Assembly: GCA_963707915.1 (NCBI GenBank)
Contig: OY970178.1
Location: 3,392,001-3,456,000, forward strand
DNA: 64,000 nucleotides
From: Candidatus Eiseniibacteriota bacterium
GTDB taxonomy: Bacteria; Eisenbacteria; RBG-16-71-46
Direction: 5' to 3'
Both the position numbers and the translations under genes were made by a program. The notes beneath the pieces were generated by a model, which did not search any database, was not told the origin of the DNA, and saw nothing but the letters and a program-made list of their open reading frames with translations. Positions within the stretch are counted from its first letter, which is position 1; the number at the start of each line of letters is the position of its first letter. Of this stretch, positions 32,931 to 43,489 are shown in pieces.

Positions 32931-34926
32931 CGGGGCTCCGACGCGCGGAAGGAGAACGTGACGAAGAGACTGCGCGGGTCCTGGGCGATCAGGTCCTGCG
33001 GTGTCTCGACCCATCCCGGATCGCTGTACCGCGCGTCGAACAGGTTGCGAGCCTCGATCCCGACCGTGACGCCGCGCACGAGCCGTCGCGACACGCGCGC
33101 GTCGCACGAGAGGGTCGCGGTGGTGCGCAGGTCGTTCCCCGCGATCCGCGGCGAGAGGTAGCGCAGGCCCGCACCCAGGGCCGTCCGGCCGTCGCGCCCG
33201 GTGTGGAAGGCGAGCAGGTGCGCGTTCCAGCGCGGCGAGTTCGTGATCTCCGCGCCTGTGCGGCTGTCCTCGCTCCGCTGCCAGGCCACCGCCACCCGCG
33301 CGTGGGTCCCGGCCCCGGGGGTGACGCGCACGCCGGCCTCGAGACCGCGGCAGCGCACGCGCTGCTGGTTCCCGTAGTTCGACGCTCCGGACTCGTCCAA
33401 CTGCACGAGGTCGATGAGGTCCCGGATGCGGCTGGCGTAGGCGGTGAGGAAGGTCCGATGGGGCCCGATCTCGTGCTCGAGGGTCCCCTCGACGGTGAAG
33501 ATCCGCTCGGGAGTGAGCCGGCCGCCGGCCAGGGCGGGGCCCATGGCGTAGGACTCGGTCTCCCTGGCGAAGGGGCACGGAACGCGGAACCGCCCAGCAG
33601 CTTGAGCCGGGTGGCCGGCGCCATGGTCCACACCAGGTCGGCCCGCGGACTGACGACGGCCCGGTAGCGCGAGTCGTTGTCGAGACGCGCGCCCGCCGTG
33701 AGGATCAGCCGTCGGCCGAGGCGCGCCTCGTCCTGCAGGTAGAGGGCCAGTGCGCCCCCGGTGAGGCTCCGGTCGTAGTACAGCTCGTAGGGGGCGACGT
33801 CGTAGTTCAACAGGCGCCCGCTCACCATGCGCTGGGCTTCCAGGCCGAGCGTGAGCGTCTGCATGGTCGCGATCGACCAGATGGCACGGCCCTCGGCGCC
33901 CACCACGTCCGCGTTCCCGAAGTCCAGGTTCACGAGCGGCTCGGACCCCGGTTCGGAGAGGGAGACGAACCGGGCGCGGGTGCGCGACCCGTCCCAGTAG
34001 GCGCGGCCCGACAACTCGAGCGCGGGGGTCGTGCGCCGCGTGGCGGAGAGCTCGACGAAGTCGTGCCCGTCCCAGGCCGGGGAGGAGTTGTCGCTGACCG
34101 GCATCGTGTAGGAGGCGGGCATCTGGGCCTTCTGGCGCTCGTTGAACTTGACGACGAGCCGGACGGGTCCCCAGTCCGCGTCCCCGAAGAAGGCCAGGGC
34201 GCGCTCGTGGTCGCGGGCCACGGCCAGGCCGGGGTACTCGACGCCATCGATCGAAGCGGGCAGGGCGAGCTCGCGGCCCCGGGCCTCGAGCCACGAGACG
34301 CTCGCTCGCCACTCCGCGCGGCCCGGTCGTGCCGAGGCGATCGAGGCGTGCGTGCGCCACTCGTTGGCGCCGCCGGCGCGCACGTCCACCCGCGTGCCGG
34401 GATCGCTGCGGGGCTGGCGGGTCACGACGTTCACCACCGCCAGCACGGCGTAGCTGCCGTAGAGCGCCGAGCCCGGGCCGCGCGCGATCTCGATCCGCTC
34501 GACCTCCTCCATGTCGAGTCCCAGCTCGGGCCCGATCAGCGCGTCGCCGTAGACGCTGCCGTTCATCGTGTGGCCGTTGATGGTGAGCAGGAGCTTGTTG
34601 TTGAAGTCGCCCGGACGCTGCAGCCCCCGCACGCCGACGTTGGTGTAGGTCCGGTCGTAGGTGACGAACACCCCCCGGACCCAGCGCAGGGCGTCGCCGA
34701 GCGTCTGGTAGCCCATGGCACGGATCTCGGCGGCCGGGATCACCGTCACCGAGGAGGGCGTCTCCGAGAGCGGCAACGGACGCTTGCTGACCCCGGTGAC
34801 CATCTGCTCGCGCAGGAGGGAGAAGGCCGCGTCGTCGGGCTCTGCCGCCGAAGCGGGAACTCGTGACAGGGACGCGAGCAGCGCCCCGGCGAGGAGCGCC
34901 TGGAAGATGGTTCGTCTGTGGGACAC
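32927..34926 (-). pseudogene. TonB-dependent receptor with a single frameshift near 33565
   Basis: Plug motifs VRGL..PGDFNNKLLL.ING, ERIEIARGPGSALYG; frame switches after GSAFRAPSP to ETES...LTPERI...RNLFDARY; GGAGG RBS before GTG. Confidence 0.85.
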
Positions 34927-35264
34927 GTCCCGACCTCCGTGTCGATGTCGGTGGGGGATTCCTTTGCCTGCTCCCAGGGAGCACCGGGGCCACGTCGAAG
35001 TCATCGGCCACCGGCGCCCCGGGGCTTAGGCTGGAGTGCCGGTTCGAGCGGGCCGAGCAGGAGGCAGGACCGCCGCGGGCTACCCGTGCCTCGCACCCGA
35101 CCTGCCTGGGCGGGATGCCCCGACGCTGGGGCCTCGCCCCGTGCTCTCCAGCGCCATTTCACCACGGGCGGGAGCGCGGCCGTCGTGCCGGCGGGTGCGC
35201 GCTGGCCGCGCAGTCCGCTCCTGCGCAGCGACTTGCGTGCGCGGTGCCGCCGCCGCGGGCGGTG

Positions 35265-35280
35265 TGGCCCGGCCCTTGCG
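35265..35280 (+). promoter_or_regulatory. Putative sigma54 promoter for flp/tad
   Basis: TGGC-CCGGCCC-TTGC with exact -24/-12 spacing. Confidence 0.6.
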
Positions 35281-35290
35281 AATCCCCTAA

Positions 35291-35386
35291 TCGGAACGTG
35301 CCTCCGAGGCCGGGACCCGCAAGGCGAAAATCCCGGTAGGACACGCCCTCGGCACCGACGATAACGGAGACAGCCGAGATTGCCCG
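35291..35386 (+). ncRNA. Candidate structured 5' leader (riboswitch-like) of flp
   Basis: Stems CGTG/CACG, CCT/AGG, CCGGGA/TCCCGG with GCAA tetraloop, CTCGGC/GCCGAG enclosing CCG-ACGATAA-CGG. Confidence 0.4.
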
Positions 35387-35440
35387 CTCCGGCCCCAGGC
35401 CGGGAACTGTTGCCCTCGCATGCAGAGGAGTCAGACCAAC

Positions 35441-35614
35441 ATGATGAACGCCATCCGCAATTTCGTTCGTGACGAGCAGGGCGAAGACCTGATCGAGTAC
35501 GGCCTCCTCGCCGCGTTCGTGGCTGCCGTCGCCGTCGCCGTGCTGAGCAATGGCGGCCTGCGCGCCGCGCTGAGCGAGGTCTTCGCGCGGGTGATCGCCG
35601 ACCTGGCGATCTAG
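35441..35614 (+). CDS. flp: Flp family type IVb pilin
   Basis: FVRDEQG|EDLIEYGLL + hydrophobic helix; GAGGAG RBS. Confidence 0.93.
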   Translation: MMNAIRNFVRDEQGEDLIEYGLLAAFVAAVAVAVLSNGGLRAALSEVFARVIADLAI

Positions 35615-35659
35615 TCGCCTCCGGGTCAGACGCAGGGATGCTTCGTCAGGCAACGGTTC

Positions 35660-35694
35660 GGCCCGGGGGGCGGCCTTGAAGCGGCCCCCCGGGC
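35660..35694 (+). terminator. Strong GC hairpin after flp (terminator/attenuator or stabiliser)
   Basis: GCCCGGGGGG...CCCCCCGGGC; no clear U-tract. Confidence 0.45.
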
Positions 35695-35806
35695 GCGGTA
35701 TTCCGCCCGCGGCCAAGTGCCGTCGCCCGGGTCCCGCGCCGCGGGACGCCGGCCCGCTCGCGGCGCCGCGCGGTTCGTATCGTCCCGGTGCACGGAGGCC
35801 CCGGTC

Positions 35807-36325
35807 GTGAACGCCCCACTCTGGGTCTCGATCCCCGTCGTGCTGTTCATCCTCCTGGCCGCGCGCGAGGACCTGCGGACTCGACGGATCCCGAACCTCA
35901 TCACCGGGCCCGCGTTCCTGCTCGGGCTGGCGGTCCACCTGGTGATGGGGGGGCCAGCGGGCCTGCTCGGCGCCCTGTTCGCCGGCGTGCTCGCCGGCGC
36001 GATCCTGCTTCCCGGCTGGTTCATGAAGTTCATGGGGGCCGGCGACGTCAAGCTCATGGCGGCCATCGGCGCGTGGCTCGGGGCGCCCGGGCTGGCGCTC
36101 TACGCCGCCCTCTTCTCGCTGATCGCCGGGGGGATCATCTCGGTCGTCGCGGCGGCGCGGCTGGGCATCCTGTCGCGGACCGTCCGCAACGCCGCACGGC
36201 TCCTCCCGCGGGTGGTCGCCGCGAGCGGCCCGGCCGGGGCCCCGCTGGAGACCTCGGGGGTGCGCGTTCCCAAGGCCCTGGCCTTCCTGGCCGGGACGCT
36301 TTTGTCCTTATGGTCGAGGACCTGA
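35807..36325 (+). CDS. cpaA: A24 prepilin peptidase (CpaA/TadV)
   Basis: EDLRTRRIPN, MGAGDVKL.AAIGAWLG. Confidence 0.9.
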   Translation: MNAPLWVSIPVVLFILLAAREDLRTRRIPNLITGPAFLLGLAVHLVMGGPAGLLGALFAGVLAGAILLPGWFMKFMGAGDVKLMAAIGAWLGAPGLALYAALFSLIAGGIISVVAAARLGILSRTVRNAARLLPRVVAASGPAGAPLETSGVRVPKALAFLAGTLLSLWSRT

Positions 36326-36552
36326 CGGCCGATAGAGGGGCATAACGCCCAGAGCCCGCCAGGCGGGTTCGGGGCCGGAGTGGAGGGCGTCCCGGCAGGC
36401 GCGCCCGCCCGTCCGGTCCGCGACAAGGATGACGCAGCGATCAGGCTCGGCCCGTGGGATGCCCCGCCTCCAGCGACGGACGGCCTCCACTCCCACACTC
36501 GATGACACAGGCGCACTCGCGCGCGTGGACTGAGGAAGGAAGGGACAAGAAC

Positions 36553-37416
36553 GTGACCGCGAACAAGGGACAGGCATTCATGGGGCTGGCCGTCGTCCTC
36601 GGTCTGGCGGCCGCCGTCGTGGGCTACTTCGGCCTCAGCGCGGTGTCCACCCAGGCCCGGCGCGCGACCATGGGCGAGACGCAGGACGTCGTCGTCACCT
36701 CCGGCGACGTCACCTACGGCGAGAAGCTCGAGAAGAGCATGCTGCGCACGGTGCGCTATCCGCGCGAATCCGTTCCCGCGGGGGCCTTCTCGACGGTGGA
36801 CTCGGTCGTCGGGCAGACCACCAAGATCTTCATGACCGCCAAGGAACCGGTGACGGCCATCAAGCTCTCCTCGCTCGGCGGCGGCCTCTCGATGCTGGTG
36901 CGCCCGGGGATGCGCGCGGCCTCCGTCGAGGTCAACCAGGTCTCCGGCGTGTCGGGCTTCATCCTCCCCGGCGACCGCGTGGACATGCTGGTCACGGTCG
37001 AGAAGGTGGCGAACCCCGAGGACGCCTACACCCAGACGATCCTGCAGGACATCGAGGTGCTGGCTGCGGGCATGAAGACCACGACCCAGGACAACAAGCC
37101 GCTCGCCGTGCAGGCGGTTACGCTGCTGGTGGATCCCAAGGGCGCCGAGGTCATGGCGCACGCGCAGCGGCAGGGCTCGATCACGCTGGTGCTGCGCGCC
37201 CGCGACGACAACGCCCAGGTCTCCAAGACCACGCCGATCCGCACCGCGGACCTGCGCGGGAAGCCGGCGGTCGCGGCCCGCGTGGCCCGGGCGGCCGAGC
37301 CGGTGGTGCGCGTGGTCGAGCGCAAGCCGGCGGAGCCGCAGAAGGTGACCATCATCCGTCGCACGAGCAAGTCGGAGGAATCCCTCCCGGGCGACAGCGC
37401 GAACGCGAAGCGGTAG
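36553..37416 (+). CDS. cpaB: Flp pilus assembly protein CpaB
   Basis: SAF domain, GMRAASV.V..VSGVSGFILPGDRVD, VTLLV. Confidence 0.92.
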   Translation: MTANKGQAFMGLAVVLGLAAAVVGYFGLSAVSTQARRATMGETQDVVVTSGDVTYGEKLEKSMLRTVRYPRESVPAGAFSTVDSVVGQTTKIFMTAKEPVTAIKLSSLGGGLSMLVRPGMRAASVEVNQVSGVSGFILPGDRVDMLVTVEKVANPEDAYTQTILQDIEVLAAGMKTTTQDNKPLAVQAVTLLVDPKGAEVMAHAQRQGSITLVLRARDDNAQVSKTTPIRTADLRGKPAVAARVARAAEPVVRVVERKPAEPQKVTIIRRTSKSEESLPGDSANAKR

Positions 37417-37461
37417 GACGGACCCGTCACTGCTCTCCACCGAATCGAGGAGGCACGTCTG

Positions 37462-38583
37462 ATGTCACTCGCCCATCCCAGGGACGCGATGCGAGGTGCC
37501 GTTCTGGCGGCCCTCTTGATGCTGGTCCCGGCGGCCGCCCTGTCCGCCGACGCGACCGAGAAGCTGCGGATCCCCGTCGGGCACGCGCAGGTCGTGCCGT
37601 CGCTCGACGACGTCCGCACCGTGGCGATCGCCGAGCCCGACATCGCGGACGCCGCGGTCGGCTCCGCGCGGACCGTGATCGTGACCGCGAAGTCGGCCGG
37701 CTCGACCAACCTGGTGGTCTACACCGACGGCGGCCGCTACCGGATCTTCGAGATCGAGGTCTTCGTGCCCAACCAGGAGAAGCAGGTCCTCCTGCGCTGC
37801 ACGGTGGCCGAGATGACCGATGCGGCGCTGAAGGAGCTCGGCTTCGACTTCTACGGCACCGGCAGCACCGCCAATCGCCTGGACGGGACGCTCGGCGGCG
37901 GGCTCTACACCACCAAGGTGGAGCCGCCCACGTACCCGCTGCTGCCCGAGCCCAAGCCGGGCGATATCGTGACCGTGCCCAACGCGAGCGGATTGCTCAA
38001 GTACGCCAGGAACGGCGCGGGCCTGAGCCTCCAGATGGAGTGGAAGGCGCTCGAGGAGCGGGGCGACATCCGCATGCTGGCGAACCCCTCGCTGCTGGCG
38101 AGCAGCGGGGAGAAGGCCGCGTTCCTGGCCGGCGGCGAGTTCGCCTACCAGATCATCTCGGGCTCCGGCTCGGGGGCGGCCCCGGCGATCGCCTTCAAGG
38201 AGTACGGCGTGCGCGTGGAGTTCACCCCGTTCGTCCAGGAGGACGGGAGCATCCGGCTGAAGGTGGCCCCCGAGGTCAGCGAGCCCGACTGGTCGCGCTC
38301 GGTCTTCGGCGTGCCGCCGCTCAACAGCCGCAAGGCCTCCACCACGGTGACGCTGCAGGCCGGCGAGTACCTGGTCATCGGCGGGCTCAAGCAGACCGTC
38401 AAGAACAAGCTCGTCCGCAAGGTGCCCGTGCTGGGGCACCTCCCGCTGCTCGGCGCCCTGTTCACCTATTCGCGGGACGAAGTCTCCAACAAGGAGCTCG
38501 TCATCACCGTCTCGCCGGAACTGGTCGCGGCCGGGGGCGCCGCGCCCGCGTTGCCCACCGACAAGCCCGACGCCACCCGGTAG
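37462..38583 (+). CDS. cpaC: Tad secretin CpaC/RcpA
   Basis: VAIAEPDIAD, LANPSL...SGEKA.FLAGGE, FKEYGV, KVPVLG.LP.LG.LF. Confidence 0.9.
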   Translation: MSLAHPRDAMRGAVLAALLMLVPAAALSADATEKLRIPVGHAQVVPSLDDVRTVAIAEPDIADAAVGSARTVIVTAKSAGSTNLVVYTDGGRYRIFEIEVFVPNQEKQVLLRCTVAEMTDAALKELGFDFYGTGSTANRLDGTLGGGLYTTKVEPPTYPLLPEPKPGDIVTVPNASGLLKYARNGAGLSLQMEWKALEERGDIRMLANPSLLASSGEKAAFLAGGEFAYQIISGSGSGAAPAIAFKEYGVRVEFTPFVQEDGSIRLKVAPEVSEPDWSRSVFGVPPLNSRKASTTVTLQAGEYLVIGGLKQTVKNKLVRKVPVLGHLPLLGALFTYSRDEVSNKELVITVSPELVAAGGAAPALPTDKPDATR

Positions 38584-38787
38584 GAGCTGGCCGCCATGGC
38601 ACGTCGTCCGCCCGAGCCGGCAGACCGGGAGCGGGGCATCGTTCCCGGCCGGGGCCCGGCCCGCGCGGGCGGGGTCCCGGAGAGCCGATCCCCCGACGAT
38701 CACGACCTGCCGGCCGCCCCCGGGGGCGGCGCGGCACGAACCGCGCGAATGCCGCGACGGACCCGCTAGCATCCAGGGAAGGAACGC

Positions 38788-39999
38788 ATGTCCACGCCCA
38801 TCACCGTCGTCCTGGTCCATCGCAACGAGATGGAGCGCACCGCGCTGAAGACCGCTCTCGAGGCGCTGCCCGGCGTGCAGATCGGGGGCGAGCGCGCGGA
38901 ACTCCGCGCCGGGCTCGCGCTGGCCCACCAGGTGCGGCCCACCATCCTCGTGCTCGAGCTGGCGGTCCCGGTGGACGACACGCTCGGCGCGGTCGCGCAG
39001 TACAAGCTGGACCACCCCGACGTCGCGATCTTCCTCTCCTCCGAGCTGCTCGATCCCGACACCCTGCTGCGCGCGATGCGGGCGGGGGTCTCCGAGGTGC
39101 TGCGCCGTCCGTTGGACCGCGGCGCCATCGGGCAGGCGGTCGAGCGCGTGGCCGCGATGAGCGCGCGCGCCAAGGGCGGCGGGATCGCCCGCCACGTGTT
39201 CACCGTGTTCGCCAGCAAGGGCGGACAGGGAGTGAGCACGATCGCCAGCAACGTCGCGCTCAGCATCCGCCACGCCGCCCGGCGCGAGGTGGCCCTGGTG
39301 GACTTCGACTACCAGTCCGGCGACGTGGCCTTCATGCTGGGGCTCAACCCCAAGCGCTCGCTGGGCGACGTCATCGCCGCCCCGCGCATCGAGGCGACCA
39401 CGCTGCAGGACGCGCTGGCGAAGCACGAGAGCGGCGTGTTCGTGCTGGCCCAGCCCGAGCACCTCGATCGCGTCGACGGGCTCACCGCCAACCAGGTCGG
39501 CGGCGTGCTGGAGATCCTCGGCTCCACCTTCGACGTGGTGGTGGTGGACGCCCCGCACGTCATCAACGAGATCACGCTCGAGGTCTTCGACCGCTCCAGC
39601 ACCATCCTGCTCACGATCGAGCCCAGCGTGTCCTCGGTGCGGGCCGCGCGGCGTTCGCTCGAGATCTTCCACAAGCTGAACTACCTGACGATCCCCGATC
39701 GCGTGCGCCTGGTGCTGAACCGCCGCACCGAGCAGGAGTCGATCACCCCGGCCCAGCTCGAGGACACGCTCGGGCTGCCGGTGTTCGCCAGCGTCGCGAA
39801 CGACTACGCGGTCGTGAACCAGGCGATCAACATGGGCAAGCCGCTGTGCGGCGGCCCGGTGCCCGAAGGCCGCGCGGGCCGCGACCTCGCGAATCTCGCC
39901 CGGCTGCTCGTGCCGGTCGACGAGTCCGCCCAACCAGTGCCCACCGAAGAGGCCCCACCTCGGCGGTCCGGCGGGTCACGCTTCTTCCGAAGGGGGTAG
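38788..39999 (+). CDS. cpaE: CpaE/TadZ pilus assembly protein (REC-like + MinD-like ATPase)
   Basis: AMRAGV.E, SKGGQGVSTIA.N, VVVD.P, AIN.GKP. Confidence 0.88.
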   Translation: MSTPITVVLVHRNEMERTALKTALEALPGVQIGGERAELRAGLALAHQVRPTILVLELAVPVDDTLGAVAQYKLDHPDVAIFLSSELLDPDTLLRAMRAGVSEVLRRPLDRGAIGQAVERVAAMSARAKGGGIARHVFTVFASKGGQGVSTIASNVALSIRHAARREVALVDFDYQSGDVAFMLGLNPKRSLGDVIAAPRIEATTLQDALAKHESGVFVLAQPEHLDRVDGLTANQVGGVLEILGSTFDVVVVDAPHVINEITLEVFDRSSTILLTIEPSVSSVRAARRSLEIFHKLNYLTIPDRVRLVLNRRTEQESITPAQLEDTLGLPVFASVANDYAVVNQAINMGKPLCGGPVPEGRAGRDLANLARLLVPVDESAQPVPTEEAPPRRSGGSRFFRRG

Positions 40000-40005
40000 G
40001 TCATC

Positions 40006-41381
<1,376 letters not shown>

Positions 41382-41385
<4 letters not shown>

Positions 41386-42347
41386 ACCTGGTCCTGCTCT
41401 TCAGCTTCCTGCTGTTCCTGGCCGTGACGCTGGCGGTGATCGGCGTCAGCGTCCACCGCAGCGGCGCGACCGAGCGCGCGCTCGACCGCCGGCTGCGCGG
41501 CCTGGCGGCCGCCCCCGAGCGCGTCCTGCCGCGGGTCGAGGTGGAGCGCGACAGCCGCTACAGCGTCGTGCCCTGGCTCGACCGGCTGCTGCGCGGCTTC
41601 AACCTCGGCGAACGGCTGGAGCTGATGCTCTACCAGTCGGGGGTGAACCTGAAGGCGGGCGTGCTGGTGCTGCTCGTCGCGGTCTTCGCGCTGGGCGGCT
41701 ACATCGTCGGCCTGGCCGTGACCGGCAGGATCCTGCCCGGGCTGCTGACGATGGCGGTCGCGGGCCCGCTGCCCTACTTCTACGTGGTCCTGCGCAAGGG
41801 ACAGCGCATGCAGGCCTTCGCCCACGAGTTCCCCGACGCGCTCGACCTGCTGGTGAGCGCGCTGCGCGCGGGGCTCTCGTTCTCGGCGGCCATGCAGATG
41901 GTGTCCGAGGAATCGCCCGAGCCCATCCGCAGCGAGTTCGGCGTCACGGTCGAGGAACAGGCGCTGGGCCTGGACTTCCGCGAGGCGCTGGTGAACCTGA
42001 CCCGGCGCGTGGACTCGCTCGACCTGCGCTTCTTCGCGACCGCCGTCATCCTGCAGCGGGAGACCGGCGGCAATCTCGCCGAGATCCTGGAGAACACCGC
42101 GCGGCTCATCCGCGACCGCTTCCGGGTGCTGGGCGACATCCAGACCTTCACCGCGCAGGGGCGGCTCACCGGCGCGATCCTCGTGCTCCTGCCGCTCGCG
42201 ATGGCGCTCTACACCTACGCGATCAACCCCGACTACTTCAAGCCGATGCTCGAGTCGGGTGGCGGCCGCACCGGCCTGGTGGCGGCCGGCGGCATGCAGC
42301 TGATCGGCATGTTCGTGATCCACAAGATCGTCTCGATCAAGGTATAG
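41382..42347 (+). CDS. tadB: TadB inner-membrane platform protein
   Basis: FPDALDLL..ALRAG, QRETGGNLAEIL, TAQGR. Confidence 0.92.
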
Positions 42348-42349
42348 CC

Positions 42350-43264
42350 ATGTTCCTCCTGATCTTCTCGGTGCTGATCTTCGCCGCCATCGCCCTCGGG
42401 GCGTACGCGGCCTACGTGGACTCGGTGACCAACCGCAGCCCGGTGGCCGTGCGGCTGCGCGAGCTGCGCTCGCAGCGGACCGGCGGGGTCGTGAACTACG
42501 GCGACCGGCCGCCGGCGCTGCTCAAGCTCGTGGCGCAGCTCGGCGGCTTCATGCCCGCGCAGGACGGGCGCGACGCCCTGCGCACGGGGCTCGTCCGCGC
42601 GGGCTTCCGCCGCCGCGAGGCGGTGCTCGCCCTGCTGGGCTCCAAGATCGTCCTCGCCGTCGGCGTGCCGCTGCTCTGGCTGGTGGTCGCGTATTCGACC
42701 GGGCAGCCGGGCGGCCGCGTGTTCCTCGGCGCCGTCCTGGGCGCCGTGCTCGGCTTCTACCTGCCCACACTGTTCATCGCGTACCGGCAGTCCGCGCGGC
42801 ACGACACGGTGCTCACCTCGCTGCCCGACGCGCTCGACCTGCTGGTCATCTGCGTCGAGGCGGGGCTCGGGATCTCGGCCGCGCTCCAGCGGGTGGCGGT
42901 GGAGATGCGCATCGCGAGCCCGGTGCTGGCCGCGGAGCTCGTCCTAGTGAACCAGGAGATGCAGACCGGCGTCTCGCGCACGGACGCCCTGCGGAACCTG
43001 GCGGAGCGCACCGGCGTCGACGAGGTGTACTCGCTGGTGGCGATGCTCATCCAGACCGACCGCCTCGGCACCAGCGTGGGACAGGCGCTCCGGGCCCACG
43101 CCGACTCGATGCGCACCAAGCGGCGCCAGCGGGCGGAGCAGCTGGCCCGGAAGGCGACCGTGAAGCTGGCGTTCCCGCTCGTGCTCCTGATCTTCCCGGC
43201 CCTGCTGCTCGTGCTGCTGGGCCCGGCAGCGATCCAGTTGATGCGGGCGTTGACCGCTTCGTAG
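42350..43264 (+). CDS. tadC: TadC inner-membrane platform protein
   Basis: LPDALDLL.ICVEAGLG, QTDRLGTS, KL.FPLVL.IFPA. Confidence 0.92.
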   Translation: MFLLIFSVLIFAAIALGAYAAYVDSVTNRSPVAVRLRELRSQRTGGVVNYGDRPPALLKLVAQLGGFMPAQDGRDALRTGLVRAGFRRREAVLALLGSKIVLAVGVPLLWLVVAYSTGQPGGRVFLGAVLGAVLGFYLPTLFIAYRQSARHDTVLTSLPDALDLLVICVEAGLGISAALQRVAVEMRIASPVLAAELVLVNQEMQTGVSRTDALRNLAERTGVDEVYSLVAMLIQTDRLGTSVGQALRAHADSMRTKRRQRAEQLARKATVKLAFPLVLLIFPALLLVLLGPAAIQLMRALTAS

Positions 43265-43309
43265 GCAGTCCAGTCCCGGTAGATCCAGCCAGGAAGGGAG
43301 GGAAGCGCC

Positions 43310-43411
43310 ATGTCGTCCATGATGTCGTACGTCCTCTTCGGTGTCGCGGTCGTCCTGCTCGTGCTCTGGGTGATGCGCCGCTCCGCGAACACGCGTTCCA
43401 GGGGGCGCTGA
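43310..43411 (+). CDS. 33-aa single-TM small protein
   Basis: GGGAGGG RBS; MSSMMSYVLFGVAVVLLVLWVMRRSANTRSRGR*; host-like codons. Confidence 0.6.
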   Translation: MSSMMSYVLFGVAVVLLVLWVMRRSANTRSRGR

Positions 43412-43489
43412 AGCCCCTGCCCCGGGGGCCCGCCGGCCGCGGGCCCGGTGCTGGCCGTCCACCGCCCGGCAGGCTAGAGTGCCGGGGCG

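Noticed and set aside
32687..34902. Possible diversity-generating retroelement TR/VR pair
   Set aside because: Mismatches are synonymous and not adenine-specific, the repeat is at the N-terminus, and there is no reverse transcriptase.
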